NCBI GenBank assembly: GCA_902614915.1
Contig: CACMMX010000008.1
Span: forward strand, 9,155-73,154
Direction of reading: 5' to 3'
DNA length: 64,000 nt
From: an uncultured Cryomorphaceae bacterium
Lineage (GTDB): Bacteria; Bacteroidota; Bacteroidia; Flavobacteriales; Schleiferiaceae
The translations under genes and the position numbers were made by a program. This document shows positions 44,999 through 55,179 of this stretch, in pieces. How positions within the stretch are numbered: the stretch's first letter is position 1; every line of letters begins with the position of its first letter. The notes under the pieces are model-generated. The model made no database searches. It was not told the DNA's origin and worked only from the letters and a program-made list of their open reading frames with translations.

Positions 44999-46171
44999 TT
45001 ACACGCTATATATCCTTTTTCTTAATCTAATTGCCAAAACACTCACGACAAGAGTTATAGACCCTGCAAGAACATAAGGATAAGTAAAATGAAGGCCATA
45101 AATGGCACCACCAATGGCCGGTCCTAAAACTCTAGCAAGAGAACCAACGCTTTGATTTGTGCCAAGAACTTTGCCCTGAGCGTCTCCAGGAGCATAGGAA
45201 GTCAAGAGGCTGCTAACTGTAGGGGTGAGTAACGCATTACCGAACGACAACAGAGTCAATGACACCAATTCAAAATAAAATCTATCTGTAGGAACAAACG
45301 GCATTGAGAAAAGACCAATAGCAACCATTAGAGTGCCAAAGAATAACAAATTACGATCACCGAACCACGAATTAAAATAACCAATTAAACCACCTTGAAT
45401 GACAACAGCTAAAAAACCAATGTATGCAAACGTATAACCTATGTGAAGTTGACTTAATCCAAAATGTTCTGCCCACAGTAATGTAGATGTAATCTGCATC
45501 ATACTAAAACCAAGCACAAAAACAAAGTTTATTGTTAAGAGTGAACTAATTTCAGGGCACCCTCTAAAACGAAAAATATCTTTCCATGGATTTGGAAAAA
45601 GCATCACTGACTGTGTACGATCATGAAGCGTTTCCTCTAAATAAAAATAAGCCATAACAAAATTGACTACACTTAATCCAGCCGCGAAATAACCTACACC
45701 ACGTACCCCATGATATTCATTAATTACGCCACCTATCGAAGGACCAAAAATAAAACCTAGACCAAAAGCTACACCTATGATTCCAAATGCTTTAGTAAGG
45801 TTTTCTTTAGGTACTATATCACTTATATATGCTTGCGCAACGCTGAGATTAGCAGCTCCAAAACCTTTCAGCATTCTTGTTACAAAAAGTAACCATAATA
45901 CAGTGGCATTCGCAAAAAGAACATATGCTAAAATCATAATTATAATACTAATAAGTATAATGGGCCTTCTCCCATATTTATCACTTAGGCCTCCCCAAAA
46001 ACTTGCGAAAACAAATTGCATAATACTAAAGCTTGCGCCTAATAACCCTACAATAGTATCTGTTGCGCCTAATTCCTTTGCATAGATTGGAAGAATTGGG
46101 ATTATCAACCCAAAACCCATTAAGTCAATAAATACGGTAAAGAAAAGCACGACTAAAGACCTATTCCTCAT
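44999..46171 (-). CDS. MFS transporter (drug:H+ antiporter-like)
   Basis: 390 aa and 12 TM, with the MFS motif A-like sequence GGLSDKYGRRP. Confidence 0.8.
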   Translation of the reverse strand: MRNRSLVVLFFTVFIDLMGFGLIIPILPIYAKELGATDTIVGLLGASFSIMQFVFASFWGGLSDKYGRRPIILISIIIMILAYVLFANATVLWLLFVTRMLKGFGAANLSVAQAYISDIVPKENLTKAFGIIGVAFGLGFIFGPSIGGVINEYHGVRGVGYFAAGLSVVNFVMAYFYLEETLHDRTQSVMLFPNPWKDIFRFRGCPEISSLLTINFVFVLGFSMMQITSTLLWAEHFGLSQLHIGYTFAYIGFLAVVIQGGLIGYFNSWFGDRNLLFFGTLMVAIGLFSMPFVPTDRFYFELVSLTLLSFGNALLTPTVSSLLTSYAPGDAQGKVLGTNQSVGSLARVLGPAIGGAIYGLHFTYPYVLAGSITLVVSVLAIRLRKRIYSV

Positions 46172-47123
46172 TTTTTATTGCTCTTAGATTCTTGACCTTT
46201 ATACCTTTTTGGGTGACCTTGTAATTGTATAGTTCCTTAGCACGCAATGTATTTTGATACACGACTTTGGCTTCTGTTTCAAATTGATCTAAATTTCTAT
46301 AACGAGCACTAAAATGACCTAATAACAAATTAGAAGCTTGTGCTTCCTTAGCAACCCTAGCAGCCTCCATTGCGGTAGAATGCATGGTTTGTTTTGCGCG
46401 CTCCAACTTATCTTCACAGAAAGTACTTTCATGATAAAGTAGAGTGACACCTTGAACGTATTTCGCTGTCTCAGGAACGTATCTAGTGTCCGAGGCAAAA
46501 GCATAACTAAGTGGCTCTGGTGGATCAAAAGTTATTTGATTATTTGGAATTATAATTCCATTATCCGATATCCAATCTTTTCCATCCTTTATCCTATGAT
46601 AATCACATATTGGAATATTTAATTTATCCGCATATTCCTTATTTAAACTGCGTTTTTGGGCTTTCTCTTGAAACTTAAATCCTGTGGTTGCAATACGATG
46701 CTTTAACGGAAAGCTAGAGATTTTATAACTATCCGTCTCTAAAATGACTTGAGGCACTTTATGCTGAGTAACTTTAAATGAAATAGGATAACTTGTAAAG
46801 GTACCTGCAGTGCGGAATTGCATGAGGATTATATCTTTTAATTTTGGCGGCCCAAAAATAGTTAAAGGTGTAGTTCGTCCAAGTAAATGAAAACTACTCA
46901 ATAATCCTACTAGGCCAAAAAAATGATCTCCATGCAGATGCGAAATAAAGATATTATTAATCTTGGAGAACTTTATTCTTGATCTGCGTAATTGCTTCTG
47001 AGTTCCTTCACCGCAATCAATTAAAAAATAATGCTCTCTCATCTTTAATAGTTGAGAGGTCGTATAATTATTGGAGGTAGGTGTTGCACTCGCTGCACCT
47101 AGAACAACCAACTCGAAACTCAT
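46161..47123 (-). CDS. rnz: Ribonuclease Z
   Basis: 320 aa metallo-beta-lactamase fold with IFISHLHGDH and the C-terminal GHFSARY. Confidence 0.85.
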   Translation of the reverse strand: MSFELVVLGAASATPTSNNYTTSQLLKMREHYFLIDCGEGTQKQLRRSRIKFSKINNIFISHLHGDHFFGLVGLLSSFHLLGRTTPLTIFGPPKLKDIILMQFRTAGTFTSYPISFKVTQHKVPQVILETDSYKISSFPLKHRIATTGFKFQEKAQKRSLNKEYADKLNIPICDYHRIKDGKDWISDNGIIIPNNQITFDPPEPLSYAFASDTRYVPETAKYVQGVTLLYHESTFCEDKLERAKQTMHSTAMEAARVAKEAQASNLLLGHFSARYRNLDQFETEAKVVYQNTLRAKELYNYKVTQKGIKVKNLRAIKNEE

Positions 47124-48061
47124 TAAGAATTTCCTAGTTTACGCTTTTCAGCTAATAGATACAGTACAGCCATACGCACTGCTACGCCATTTTCTACTTG
47201 TTCAAGAATAATTGAATGTTCGCTATCTGCAACTTCTGATGTGATTTCCACCCCACGGTTAATAGGACCTGGGTGCATCACAAGGATAGGTTTATTTAGT
47301 CCATCTAAATGCTCCATAGTTAAGCCGTATTGCGCTCTATATTCTGCGATAGACGGAAAATATTTTAAATCTTGTCTTTCGTGCTGAACGCGAAGCATAT
47401 TGGCAACATCACACCATTCTATTGCTATCTGCAGATTATGTTCCACGCGAACACCGAGTGTATCGATGTATTTTGGTATCAAGGTGGTTGGACCACATAC
47501 CATGACTTCTGCACCCATTTTCTTTAAAAGCAACACGTTAGATAGGGCTACTCGACTATGAACAATATCTCCTACAATAGCAATTTTAATCCCTTGTAAA
47601 GTTCCCAATTTTTCGCGAATAGAGAAAGCATCTAACAAAGCTTGAGTTGGATGCTCGTGCCTACCATCACCAGCATTTATAATAGATGCATCCACATGCT
47701 GACTTAAAAATTGTGCAGCACCAGGCCTAGCGTGGCGCATAACGACCATATCCACTTTCATGGATAGAATGTTGTTTACCGTATCAATGAGAGTCTCGCC
47801 TTTATTAACAGAGGAAGACCCCGCAGAAAAGTTAACTACATCCGCACTTAAACGCTTTTCTGCTAATTCGAAAGACAGCTTAGTGCGCGTGCTATTTTCA
47901 AAAAATAAATTTGCGATTGTTATATCACGCAGCGTGGGAACTTTCTTAATAGGTCGATTTAAGACTTCCTTAAATTCTTTGGCAGTATCTAAAATAAGTT
48001 GAATATCCTCTGATTCAAGTTTTTTGATATCCAACAAATGTTTCACTGATAATTTGCTCAT
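47123..48061 (-). CDS. pyrB: Aspartate carbamoyltransferase catalytic subunit
   Basis: 312 aa with FFENSTRT, HPTQALLD and HPGP motifs. Confidence 0.95.
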   Translation of the reverse strand: MSKLSVKHLLDIKKLESEDIQLILDTAKEFKEVLNRPIKKVPTLRDITIANLFFENSTRTKLSFELAEKRLSADVVNFSAGSSSVNKGETLIDTVNNILSMKVDMVVMRHARPGAAQFLSQHVDASIINAGDGRHEHPTQALLDAFSIREKLGTLQGIKIAIVGDIVHSRVALSNVLLLKKMGAEVMVCGPTTLIPKYIDTLGVRVEHNLQIAIEWCDVANMLRVQHERQDLKYFPSIAEYRAQYGLTMEHLDGLNKPILVMHPGPINRGVEITSEVADSEHSIILEQVENGVAVRMAVLYLLAEKRKLGNS

Positions 48062-48603
48062 GAATTTGATTCCGTTAATAAAACAGCATCTCGACCGTTA
48101 ATTTCTTCCCAAAGTACCTCAACACGTTGAGATTCTATGGAATCTACCTGTCTTCCCTTGTAATCAGGTTGAATAGGTAAATCACGAGAAAATCTACGGT
48201 CAATTAAGGTTAGCAGCTCCATCTTAGAGGGTCGACCAAAGGTTAAAATAGCATCCATGGCAGCACGAACACTTCTGCCTGTGAACAGCACGTCATCAAT
48301 AAAAACCACCTTTTCATCCTCAACTAAAAAATCTATTTTAGTTTTATTTGGCTGTAAATGTCCATCTCTCCTTCTAAAATCGTCTCTGTAGAATGTAATA
48401 TCCAATAATCCCGATCGAATACCTTCTATATTATATTCATTCTCTAATAGTTGAACGATTCTTAGAAGTACCTGTACACCTCTTGGCTGAAGTCCGATAA
48501 GAATGGAATTAGAAAAATCACCATGATTCTCAATCAACTTACAACACAACCTGTTTAAGGCAATGTTCAACTCTCTTGAGTCTATGATTTCTCTTTTGCT
48601 CAT
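48058..48603 (-). CDS. pyrR: Bifunctional pyr operon regulator / uracil phosphoribosyltransferase PyrR
   Basis: 181 aa with PRPP loop VVFIDDVLFTGRSVRAA. Lies immediately upstream of pyrB and overlaps it. Confidence 0.85.
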   Translation of the reverse strand: MSKREIIDSRELNIALNRLCCKLIENHGDFSNSILIGLQPRGVQVLLRIVQLLENEYNIEGIRSGLLDITFYRDDFRRRDGHLQPNKTKIDFLVEDEKVVFIDDVLFTGRSVRAAMDAILTFGRPSKMELLTLIDRRFSRDLPIQPDYKGRQVDSIESQRVEVLWEEINGRDAVLLTESNS

Positions 48604-48619
48604 GTCGCAAATTTACTGA

Positions 48620-49957
48620 TTAATATGAAGAAAAGAGCTCATCAAAATTTAACCCTGAAAAATTTCCGCTACTCATCATCACAACGGCATTATTTTCACC
48701 TGTATTTCGTAGGGCTATACCCAATTCATCTGGGTCATTAAAGACACGCACTCCTTTACCAAAGGCTGAACTTACAACCTCGCTATTAAGTACAGGTAAA
48801 TTTTTATGTGCAACGGCTTGCTGCGAATAATACACCCACTTTTCATTGGCAGGCGCTAGGACTCCTTCATAAAGCGGTAAAAATTCAGGATTCAAACTAC
48901 TAAACGTATGCAATTCTAATACTGCCCGTACACTGCCGTATTGTTCCGATAAGGCTGCAACCGCGGCTTTTACTTTTGAAGGTGAATGTGCAAAATCCTT
49001 AAACACGGGAATATGTTGTCCTCCAATGCGTTGCATTCTATTTTGGGCACCTTTAAAACTGGAGATCGCATCATAAAACTCATCTTCTTGAAGTCCCATT
49101 TCTAGACATATCCAACGGGCTGCCTCTAGATTGCTCAGGTTGTGCTTTCCAAATATTTGAAGCGGCATATTACCCTCTAATGTTTCAATGAATGTGGTCC
49201 CCTCCTCAATGAAGTGGGTTGGTATGGAATAGGGAAAAAGCTTTACAGGAGCATTACTACCTTCAACCAATTCTTTGAGAACTTCATCCTCCTCGTTATA
49301 TATTAAGGCACCACCAGGCTCAATGGTTTCCACGAACAATTTAAATTGTTCTACGTAAGAATCAAATGTTGGAAATACATTGATATGATCCCATGCAATT
49401 CCTGTGATTACCGCGATATTTGGCCGATAAAGATGAAATTTTGGTCTTAAATCTATTGGTGAACTCAGGTACTCGTCACCCTCCATTACCATAAATTCTG
49501 AACCACTTTCCAGCTCTACCATGCAGTCAAAGCCCTCAAGTTGTGCGCCTACCATATAGTTAGTAGACCGATCTGCATGTTGCATAGCATGAAGAATCAT
49601 TGCAGTTGTAGTTGTCTTTCCATGCGAACCAGCAATGACTACTCTTGTCATATTTTTACTCACCTCATACAAGAATTGAGGATAACTGAAGATGTTAATT
49701 CCTAGCTCCTGTCCGCGAACAAGCTCTGGATTATCTTTTCTCGCATGCATTCCGATGATAATTGCATCGAGTTCCGGGCCTATACGATTTGCTTGCCATC
49801 CTTTCTTTTCAGGTAACAGCCCCTTATCTTCAAGCCTAGAATAAGAAGGTTCAAAAATTTGATCGTCCGAACCCGAAACCGTATGGCCTGAATTGTGAAG
49901 GGCAATGGCTAGATTGTGCATAGCAGAACCACCAATAGCGATAAAATGTATTCTCAT
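48620..49957 (-). CDS. mpl: UDP-N-acetylmuramate:L-alanyl-gamma-D-glutamyl-meso-DAP ligase (Mur ligase family)
   Basis: 445 aa with HFIAIGGSAMHNLA at the N-terminus and the P-loop AGSHGKTTTT. The Mpl-type layout lacks a MurC-specific tail. Confidence 0.75.
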   Translation of the reverse strand: MRIHFIAIGGSAMHNLAIALHNSGHTVSGSDDQIFEPSYSRLEDKGLLPEKKGWQANRIGPELDAIIIGMHARKDNPELVRGQELGINIFSYPQFLYEVSKNMTRVVIAGSHGKTTTTAMILHAMQHADRSTNYMVGAQLEGFDCMVELESGSEFMVMEGDEYLSSPIDLRPKFHLYRPNIAVITGIAWDHINVFPTFDSYVEQFKLFVETIEPGGALIYNEEDEVLKELVEGSNAPVKLFPYSIPTHFIEEGTTFIETLEGNMPLQIFGKHNLSNLEAARWICLEMGLQEDEFYDAISSFKGAQNRMQRIGGQHIPVFKDFAHSPSKVKAAVAALSEQYGSVRAVLELHTFSSLNPEFLPLYEGVLAPANEKWVYYSQQAVAHKNLPVLNSEVVSSAFGKGVRVFNDPDELGIALRNTGENNAVVMMSSGNFSGLNFDELFSSY

Positions 49958-51523
49958 TTACTTTTCAAAATAAAGATTACCAAAGCGTATTCGTGACCCA
50001 CGCAAAGACAACAAAACAGCGCCTTCAAGACCATAGTTTGCCGAACGTGAATATTGAGGAGTTACTCGAAATTTTTCCCGCTTATTTCTATTTAGGACCG
50101 TATAGGTCATTTGTGCATCATGAGATACACTGACCATCGCAAGTGTTCCATTTTTAGCGTTTGTTACAGGCCGTAAAGCTTTTTTACCCCAACGTTTCAC
50201 ATTCTTCTTATGATCGTTGTAGACGAAATGTAATCCATCCTCGTTCACCGTAAAAGTATACCCTAGATACATACCTCCATCATTTACGGAGGTTTGCCTC
50301 TTTGGTATATGTGCATACCAATCGACCTCTCCGTTATTATCAATACTTAGCACTATGATATCATTATAATGATAGTAATAAGTCGTTGTTGTTGCTCCCC
50401 TACCAGTTTGTCGAGTAACTACACGATACTCATAATCTTCTGCAATGGCATATACTCCCCCATCCGGTCTTGGCAAAAATTGTCTAAACACAAAATCACG
50501 TCGTATACCGCGCCCTAGTTTTGCTCGGAACTTATTAAACTGAGAAATAAAATTACTCGAAAAGGGATTCCTATTTGAACTTACTAATTCCCCGGTTCTT
50601 TGATTAATTGATATATAAAAAGCACCGTCAATATCATATGTATTTCTATTTCCGTAAAATCCCGAGACTGCCATTTCATCTCCTTTCAAATCGCAGTCAA
50701 TACCTATGGACTGTACAGCTAAATTTTCGAGACCAAGATTAAATTCTGTAATTTGATTATTATCTGAACTAATTTTAAATAGTTTGTATTCAATATTCTT
50801 TCCCGTGCTTCGCGCGACACGGAATCTATCATCAAACGCGCTTAGTACAAAAACATCTCCGGAATTGGTTAAGTCGAAAACTAGGATGTTAAAATTTCTA
50901 TCTGCGTAAGTTAACTTGATATCTGCGTTCCACAGTTCTTTAACATTTCTGGAATATACACGTATGTAAAAGTTCTCAGAACCACTGCGCTGATTTGGGG
51001 GAGCAGTGAATACTACAAACTTGGAGCCATCTTGTGATACACGAATTGCAAAATCACCGTCGTAACGTCGTTTAGAATCAAAGGTTTCAATTAATTCAGG
51101 CTCACTTAAATTTGCTAAGGTATCCAACGTCCTTACCAAAAGATATTTTTCGTCGGTCTGTGGATTATAACTTTCATAAAACAGAAACTGCTTATCACCA
51201 AGCATATGCCCTTGCTTAAATATTACTTTTCTTCCATTCCACTCCCATCTTGGTGTTTTCAACAACCACTTTTCGCTTAAGTCAAAGCGGTTGTAATAAG
51301 CAAAGTATTCATCTCTCGCTCCACCAGGAAGTAGAAAACTAGAAGCTTTACGATAAGTAAAGAAACCCGATTCTCCCGCTTGCAGAATTCTATCGAATTT
51401 TGCATTTCTTATATTGTATTCTGGACTCCATTCAACAATGGGATATGAACCTTGACAATGCGCGTTTGTTAAAAATAAACTGACGAAAAAGACTGTAGCC
51501 AAAGCACGATTCTTGAGCTTCAT
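49958..51523 (-). CDS. Hypothetical secreted protein (521 aa)
   Basis: Has signal peptide MKLKNRALATVFFVSLFLTNAHCQ and a beta-rich composition. Its stop abuts the mpl start with zero gap. Confidence 0.55.
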   Translation of the reverse strand: MKLKNRALATVFFVSLFLTNAHCQGSYPIVEWSPEYNIRNAKFDRILQAGESGFFTYRKASSFLLPGGARDEYFAYYNRFDLSEKWLLKTPRWEWNGRKVIFKQGHMLGDKQFLFYESYNPQTDEKYLLVRTLDTLANLSEPELIETFDSKRRYDGDFAIRVSQDGSKFVVFTAPPNQRSGSENFYIRVYSRNVKELWNADIKLTYADRNFNILVFDLTNSGDVFVLSAFDDRFRVARSTGKNIEYKLFKISSDNNQITEFNLGLENLAVQSIGIDCDLKGDEMAVSGFYGNRNTYDIDGAFYISINQRTGELVSSNRNPFSSNFISQFNKFRAKLGRGIRRDFVFRQFLPRPDGGVYAIAEDYEYRVVTRQTGRGATTTTYYYHYNDIIVLSIDNNGEVDWYAHIPKRQTSVNDGGMYLGYTFTVNEDGLHFVYNDHKKNVKRWGKKALRPVTNAKNGTLAMVSVSHDAQMTYTVLNRNKREKFRVTPQYSRSANYGLEGAVLLSLRGSRIRFGNLYFEK

Positions 51524-51581
51524 AGGAACCTAAAAGTTTTTGTACATTGATGAAGATACATCTACCCAGTGAATTAATTAA

Positions 51582-52325
51582 ATGAATATGAAAGGAATTC
51601 TGTTTGTATTAACTTTTATAGGATTATTGAGTATTGAGACCAACGCCCAAGCAGTTATTGTCAGGAAAAGAGAACTCAATGCAGGTTCTGGAACAAACCC
51701 TTCTTCTGGTTACAGCATATCTACTCCCACTTCAAATATGGGAACCATGTTCTATAGCAGATACCATCATGCAATCAAGATTAGCCCTGCAGCATTAATT
51801 GCTGGTGATATACCCATATCCTACGAACACAAAATAAGTGATTACCTAACCATTGAGGCTGGTTTAGGTATAACATCATACAATCTGACGGAAGATTTAA
51901 TTCATGGCTATACTACTCGTAGTAATGGAGAAACGGTGAGCAAAGTCAGTTATTCTTCGCTTTTCAATACTAAATTTTTTCCAGAAGGCAATTCATTTCA
52001 AGACGGATATTACATTGCTTTCAATCTTAACCTCAGAAATTTTACGCAAAATTTTGTTACACAAAATAGCTTTGGAATAGATACAACGATAAAAGAATCT
52101 TTTCGATGGGCTGATGTAGGCTTCACAACAGGCTTGCACAGTAGACCTTCGGAAAAGATGATTCTTGACTGGTATATTGGCGCGGGAATTAGACAAAAAA
52201 ATAGATTGACTTCAGATCTGTTTGTTGACCCAAACAGTGGAATCTATCAATACATACGAGATGAAAAAATATCTGTAGTTCCAGCGTTATTAGGAGGTGT
52301 AAAAATCAGCCTGCTGTTCAGATAA
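51582..52325 (+). CDS. Putative outer-membrane beta-barrel protein
   Basis: 247 aa with a signal peptide, alternating amphipathic strands and a C-terminal ...VKISLLFR. Confidence 0.4.
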   Translation: MNMKGILFVLTFIGLLSIETNAQAVIVRKRELNAGSGTNPSSGYSISTPTSNMGTMFYSRYHHAIKISPAALIAGDIPISYEHKISDYLTIEAGLGITSYNLTEDLIHGYTTRSNGETVSKVSYSSLFNTKFFPEGNSFQDGYYIAFNLNLRNFTQNFVTQNSFGIDTTIKESFRWADVGFTTGLHSRPSEKMILDWYIGAGIRQKNRLTSDLFVDPNSGIYQYIRDEKISVVPALLGGVKISLLFR

Positions 52326-53024
52326 TCATTTGACGGTAATAGAAAAAGCTGAAGTTATTTGGTCACTGACCAATTGTGCAGTAGCATACGAACTCACGGT
52401 AGTATGAGTAAATGCATTATTCTGTAAAGAAATGGAATCAATAAATTGGTCTAAATCCAATTTAATAACCATATGATCACCGGGTTGTATCTGCTCATTA
52501 AAAGTTACAATGCGGTATAAATTATCTGTACCCGTATGCCAAATTAGAGCACTATTGGAACCCGCATTGCTCAAATCTCCCGAATCATTGAATCGCCCCT
52601 CTACTTTCAAAAACCTATATTTCGATGCCCAGGTCCAATACATTGCAAAAGCACTGCTTAGTGGGTGACTGGTTTCAAAAGCGGTAGGATCCATATTGTT
52701 CAACTGAGACGGTACGCCAAGACCAAAACTGAATGTATCCTCAGACTTATCAACCGACAAGGTATAGTTGCTATACAGACTGTCACTAGGATTTACAAAT
52801 AGTACTTCACTAAGCATTTGTTCTCCTAAGTAAAGTTCTGATACATAGAAATGAAATAAGTCCAAGGCAATGGCCGTATCTCCTTTGTTGAATGAAGTGC
52901 TTTTTTCATAAGGGATACCACCCTGAATAAGTTGAAATTCAACAGTTATTTCTTTTTCTATCAAGTCGCAACCTCCCAAGAGGAAAAGAGTAGCAAATAA
53001 AATAACTAAGAGGCTATTCCTCAT
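52326..53024 (-). CDS. Lipoprotein, MbnP-like (WxW motif), tentative
   Basis: 232 aa with lipobox LLGGC. Has FHFYVSELYL and MYWTWASKYRFLKVEG, recalling the MbnP-like WxW family. Confidence 0.35.
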   Translation of the reverse strand: MRNSLLVILFATLFLLGGCDLIEKEITVEFQLIQGGIPYEKSTSFNKGDTAIALDLFHFYVSELYLGEQMLSEVLFVNPSDSLYSNYTLSVDKSEDTFSFGLGVPSQLNNMDPTAFETSHPLSSAFAMYWTWASKYRFLKVEGRFNDSGDLSNAGSNSALIWHTGTDNLYRIVTFNEQIQPGDHMVIKLDLDQFIDSISLQNNAFTHTTVSSYATAQLVSDQITSAFSITVK

Positions 53025-53025
53025 A

Positions 53026-53787
53026 CTATAATTTAAATATGAATTCGCTTTTCAAGTTATCACTCAAAATTTGTGCTTTTGAATAATCACCCATATCACC
53101 AGGATCAGAATATATCTCAGGTGTGGTTGAAGGCTGAAGTCCGAAGAAGAGCTTATTAATATCTAGGTTCATAATAAAGAACACACCCATATTTGCGCCA
53201 ACACTAAAATTGCGTTTTTCACTCCTATTAATGACCATGTCCTCTGTAGCAATTCTCCACGTAAACGTGCTCTTTGGTGTGGTGAAGGTTGAATCCGCAG
53301 GGTCAAAAACGCGACCTTCAAGTTGAAAAAAGCTATACCCTATATTCGGCCCATTCCACATGTGACCTTTGGACAAAGGGTTGGTTGCATCCAAAGTTTC
53401 AGGTGCTTTGTAGGCCCTCGCACTATCTAAACCTATTTGGTAATTTAATCTACCGTTGTATGAGCCTTGGGCTAATTGAGCGAGTTTGACTTCAGGTGTT
53501 GTAAGTAAGTCTATGACGGTAAGATCGTTTTCAGTTCTCGTGGTATCCTGTTCGTCATAACTCACAAATTCAGCACTGCTAAGCGTAATGTATACGTGAG
53601 AGAGTTTAATGAAATCACCATTAATTTGATAGAGCGTATTGGTATCTGCGATATTACCATCAAAATACTTGTAAGCACGAATGTATATATTTCGATCGTC
53701 AAGCGCTGCTGGATCAATTACATCTATTTCTCTTTCACAAGAAACTAAGGCTCCAATGGCCATAGTAGTTATTAGGATTTTTTTCAT
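53026..53787 (-). CDS. Lipoprotein, divergent paralog of 52326..53024
   Basis: 253 aa with lipobox ALVSC. Shares a layout with its neighbour (HVYITLSSAEF, GYSFFQLEGRVFD) but lacks the WxW motif. Confidence 0.35.
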   Translation of the reverse strand: MKKILITTMAIGALVSCEREIDVIDPAALDDRNIYIRAYKYFDGNIADTNTLYQINGDFIKLSHVYITLSSAEFVSYDEQDTTRTENDLTVIDLLTTPEVKLAQLAQGSYNGRLNYQIGLDSARAYKAPETLDATNPLSKGHMWNGPNIGYSFFQLEGRVFDPADSTFTTPKSTFTWRIATEDMVINRSEKRNFSVGANMGVFFIMNLDINKLFFGLQPSTTPEIYSDPGDMGDYSKAQILSDNLKSEFIFKL

Positions 53788-54533
53788 TCTTCTTTAATTT
53801 TCAAAAACTCAGGAGCTTGCTCAATAGCTACCATTATTTGATCTAATAAATCATCATTCTCTTTGGTAAAATCTAGCTCTAAAGGTTCTTTAAAGGTAAT
53901 CTTTAAAAGATTACCAGTACTCTTCACTAACATACCCGTTTTATCGAACGCTCGGCGAAAACCGTTTATAACTACAGGCACTACAACAGGATTCAATTCT
54001 CGAATCAGATGCACAGTTCCTCTTCTACCCTTTACAAATGGCCTCGTGGTTCCTTGAGGAAAAGTGATGGTCCATCCTGTCTCAATAGCCTTTTTAATGT
54101 TAACAATATCTTTGGGATCTACGCCTCGATTAATTTGCTTACCCGCTTCCCGCCAAGTTCTCTTTATACTAACGCTGCCGGCATACTGCATGAGTTTTGG
54201 CAAAATTCCTTTTTTCATTGTTTCTGCTGCAGCAATAAAATATACATTAAGCTTAGGCCTAAATAATGTATAGAATGGAACTCGATTATATACCTTACTT
54301 TCCGCGGCATTGAATACCTGGTATAAAGCACTTACATCTGCAAAATAGGTTTGATGATTACTTACAAATAATACACTGCGACTAGGAAGTCCTTTTAGCT
54401 TCTCACCCCCGATTATTTGAACTGAATTTATCCTGAAAAATCGATACCACGTAATGATACCGAAAACAAAGATGACCAGTCTCTTAATAAGGAGATTGTA
54501 GCCAAAACTGTCTTGTTTAAAAGGATTTAGCAC
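53784..54533 (-). CDS. Lysophospholipid acyltransferase family protein (PlsC-like)
   Basis: 249 aa with SNHQTYFAD and FPQGTTRP motifs. Overlaps the downstream lipoprotein gene by 4 nt. Confidence 0.65.
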   Translation of the reverse strand: MLNPFKQDSFGYNLLIKRLVIFVFGIITWYRFFRINSVQIIGGEKLKGLPSRSVLFVSNHQTYFADVSALYQVFNAAESKVYNRVPFYTLFRPKLNVYFIAAAETMKKGILPKLMQYAGSVSIKRTWREAGKQINRGVDPKDIVNIKKAIETGWTITFPQGTTRPFVKGRRGTVHLIRELNPVVVPVVINGFRRAFDKTGMLVKSTGNLLKITFKEPLELDFTKENDDLLDQIMVAIEQAPEFLKIKEE

Positions 54534-54567
54534 ACGGATTTTTTCTGTTGATTAGCAAATATAGAGC

Positions 54568-55179
54568 TTACGAAAGTAGTGCCGCCAATCTTGCAGTAAT
54601 GATTGCCGTTGCTCCCCAAATAACCTCATCATTCCAAAGATAGGCCGGTACTTTCATACGTCCGATTTTAGTAGACACTTTTATGAAATCCATCAATTCT
54701 CCGGAAATAATTTTAGTGAGCGGTACAGAGAAAGTGTAGTCTACTTCCCTTTCTTCCAATATTAACCCATTCTTACGTTCAGAAAAGCTTACAAATGGGT
54801 AAACCAAAAAGTTAGAAGGAGGGATGTATAGCGGTTCCATATTTTTCAAGATATCGAACGTACTAATTTCAAGCCCCACCTCCTCTTTCGCCTCTCTTAT
54901 GGCCGTATGCTCGAAATCAATATCCACATCTTCTTTTTTACCTCCAGGAAAACTTACCTGCCCACCGTGAACGCCCTTGTATGCCGATCTTTTGATAAAT
55001 AAGATTTCTAGTTCTTCAGAACCTTGGAAAACATGCACTAATACCGCAGCTTTATTAGCATTCTTTAATGTCTGAGCGGAAGGATTGACTAACTTTCTAT
55101 ACCAAGGTATCATGGAATCAATCGAAACTAAATTATTTCTTGGTGATTTAATGCGGTTTATGAATTCAGACGCAGTCAT
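54568..55179 (-). CDS. NUDIX hydrolase, CoA pyrophosphatase-like
   Basis: 203 aa with Nudix box FPGGKKEDVDIDFEHTAIREAKEEVGL. Confidence 0.65.
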   Translation of the reverse strand: MTASEFINRIKSPRNNLVSIDSMIPWYRKLVNPSAQTLKNANKAAVLVHVFQGSEELEILFIKRSAYKGVHGGQVSFPGGKKEDVDIDFEHTAIREAKEEVGLEISTFDILKNMEPLYIPPSNFLVYPFVSFSERKNGLILEEREVDYTFSVPLTKIISGELMDFIKVSTKIGRMKVPAYLWNDEVIWGATAIITARLAALLS

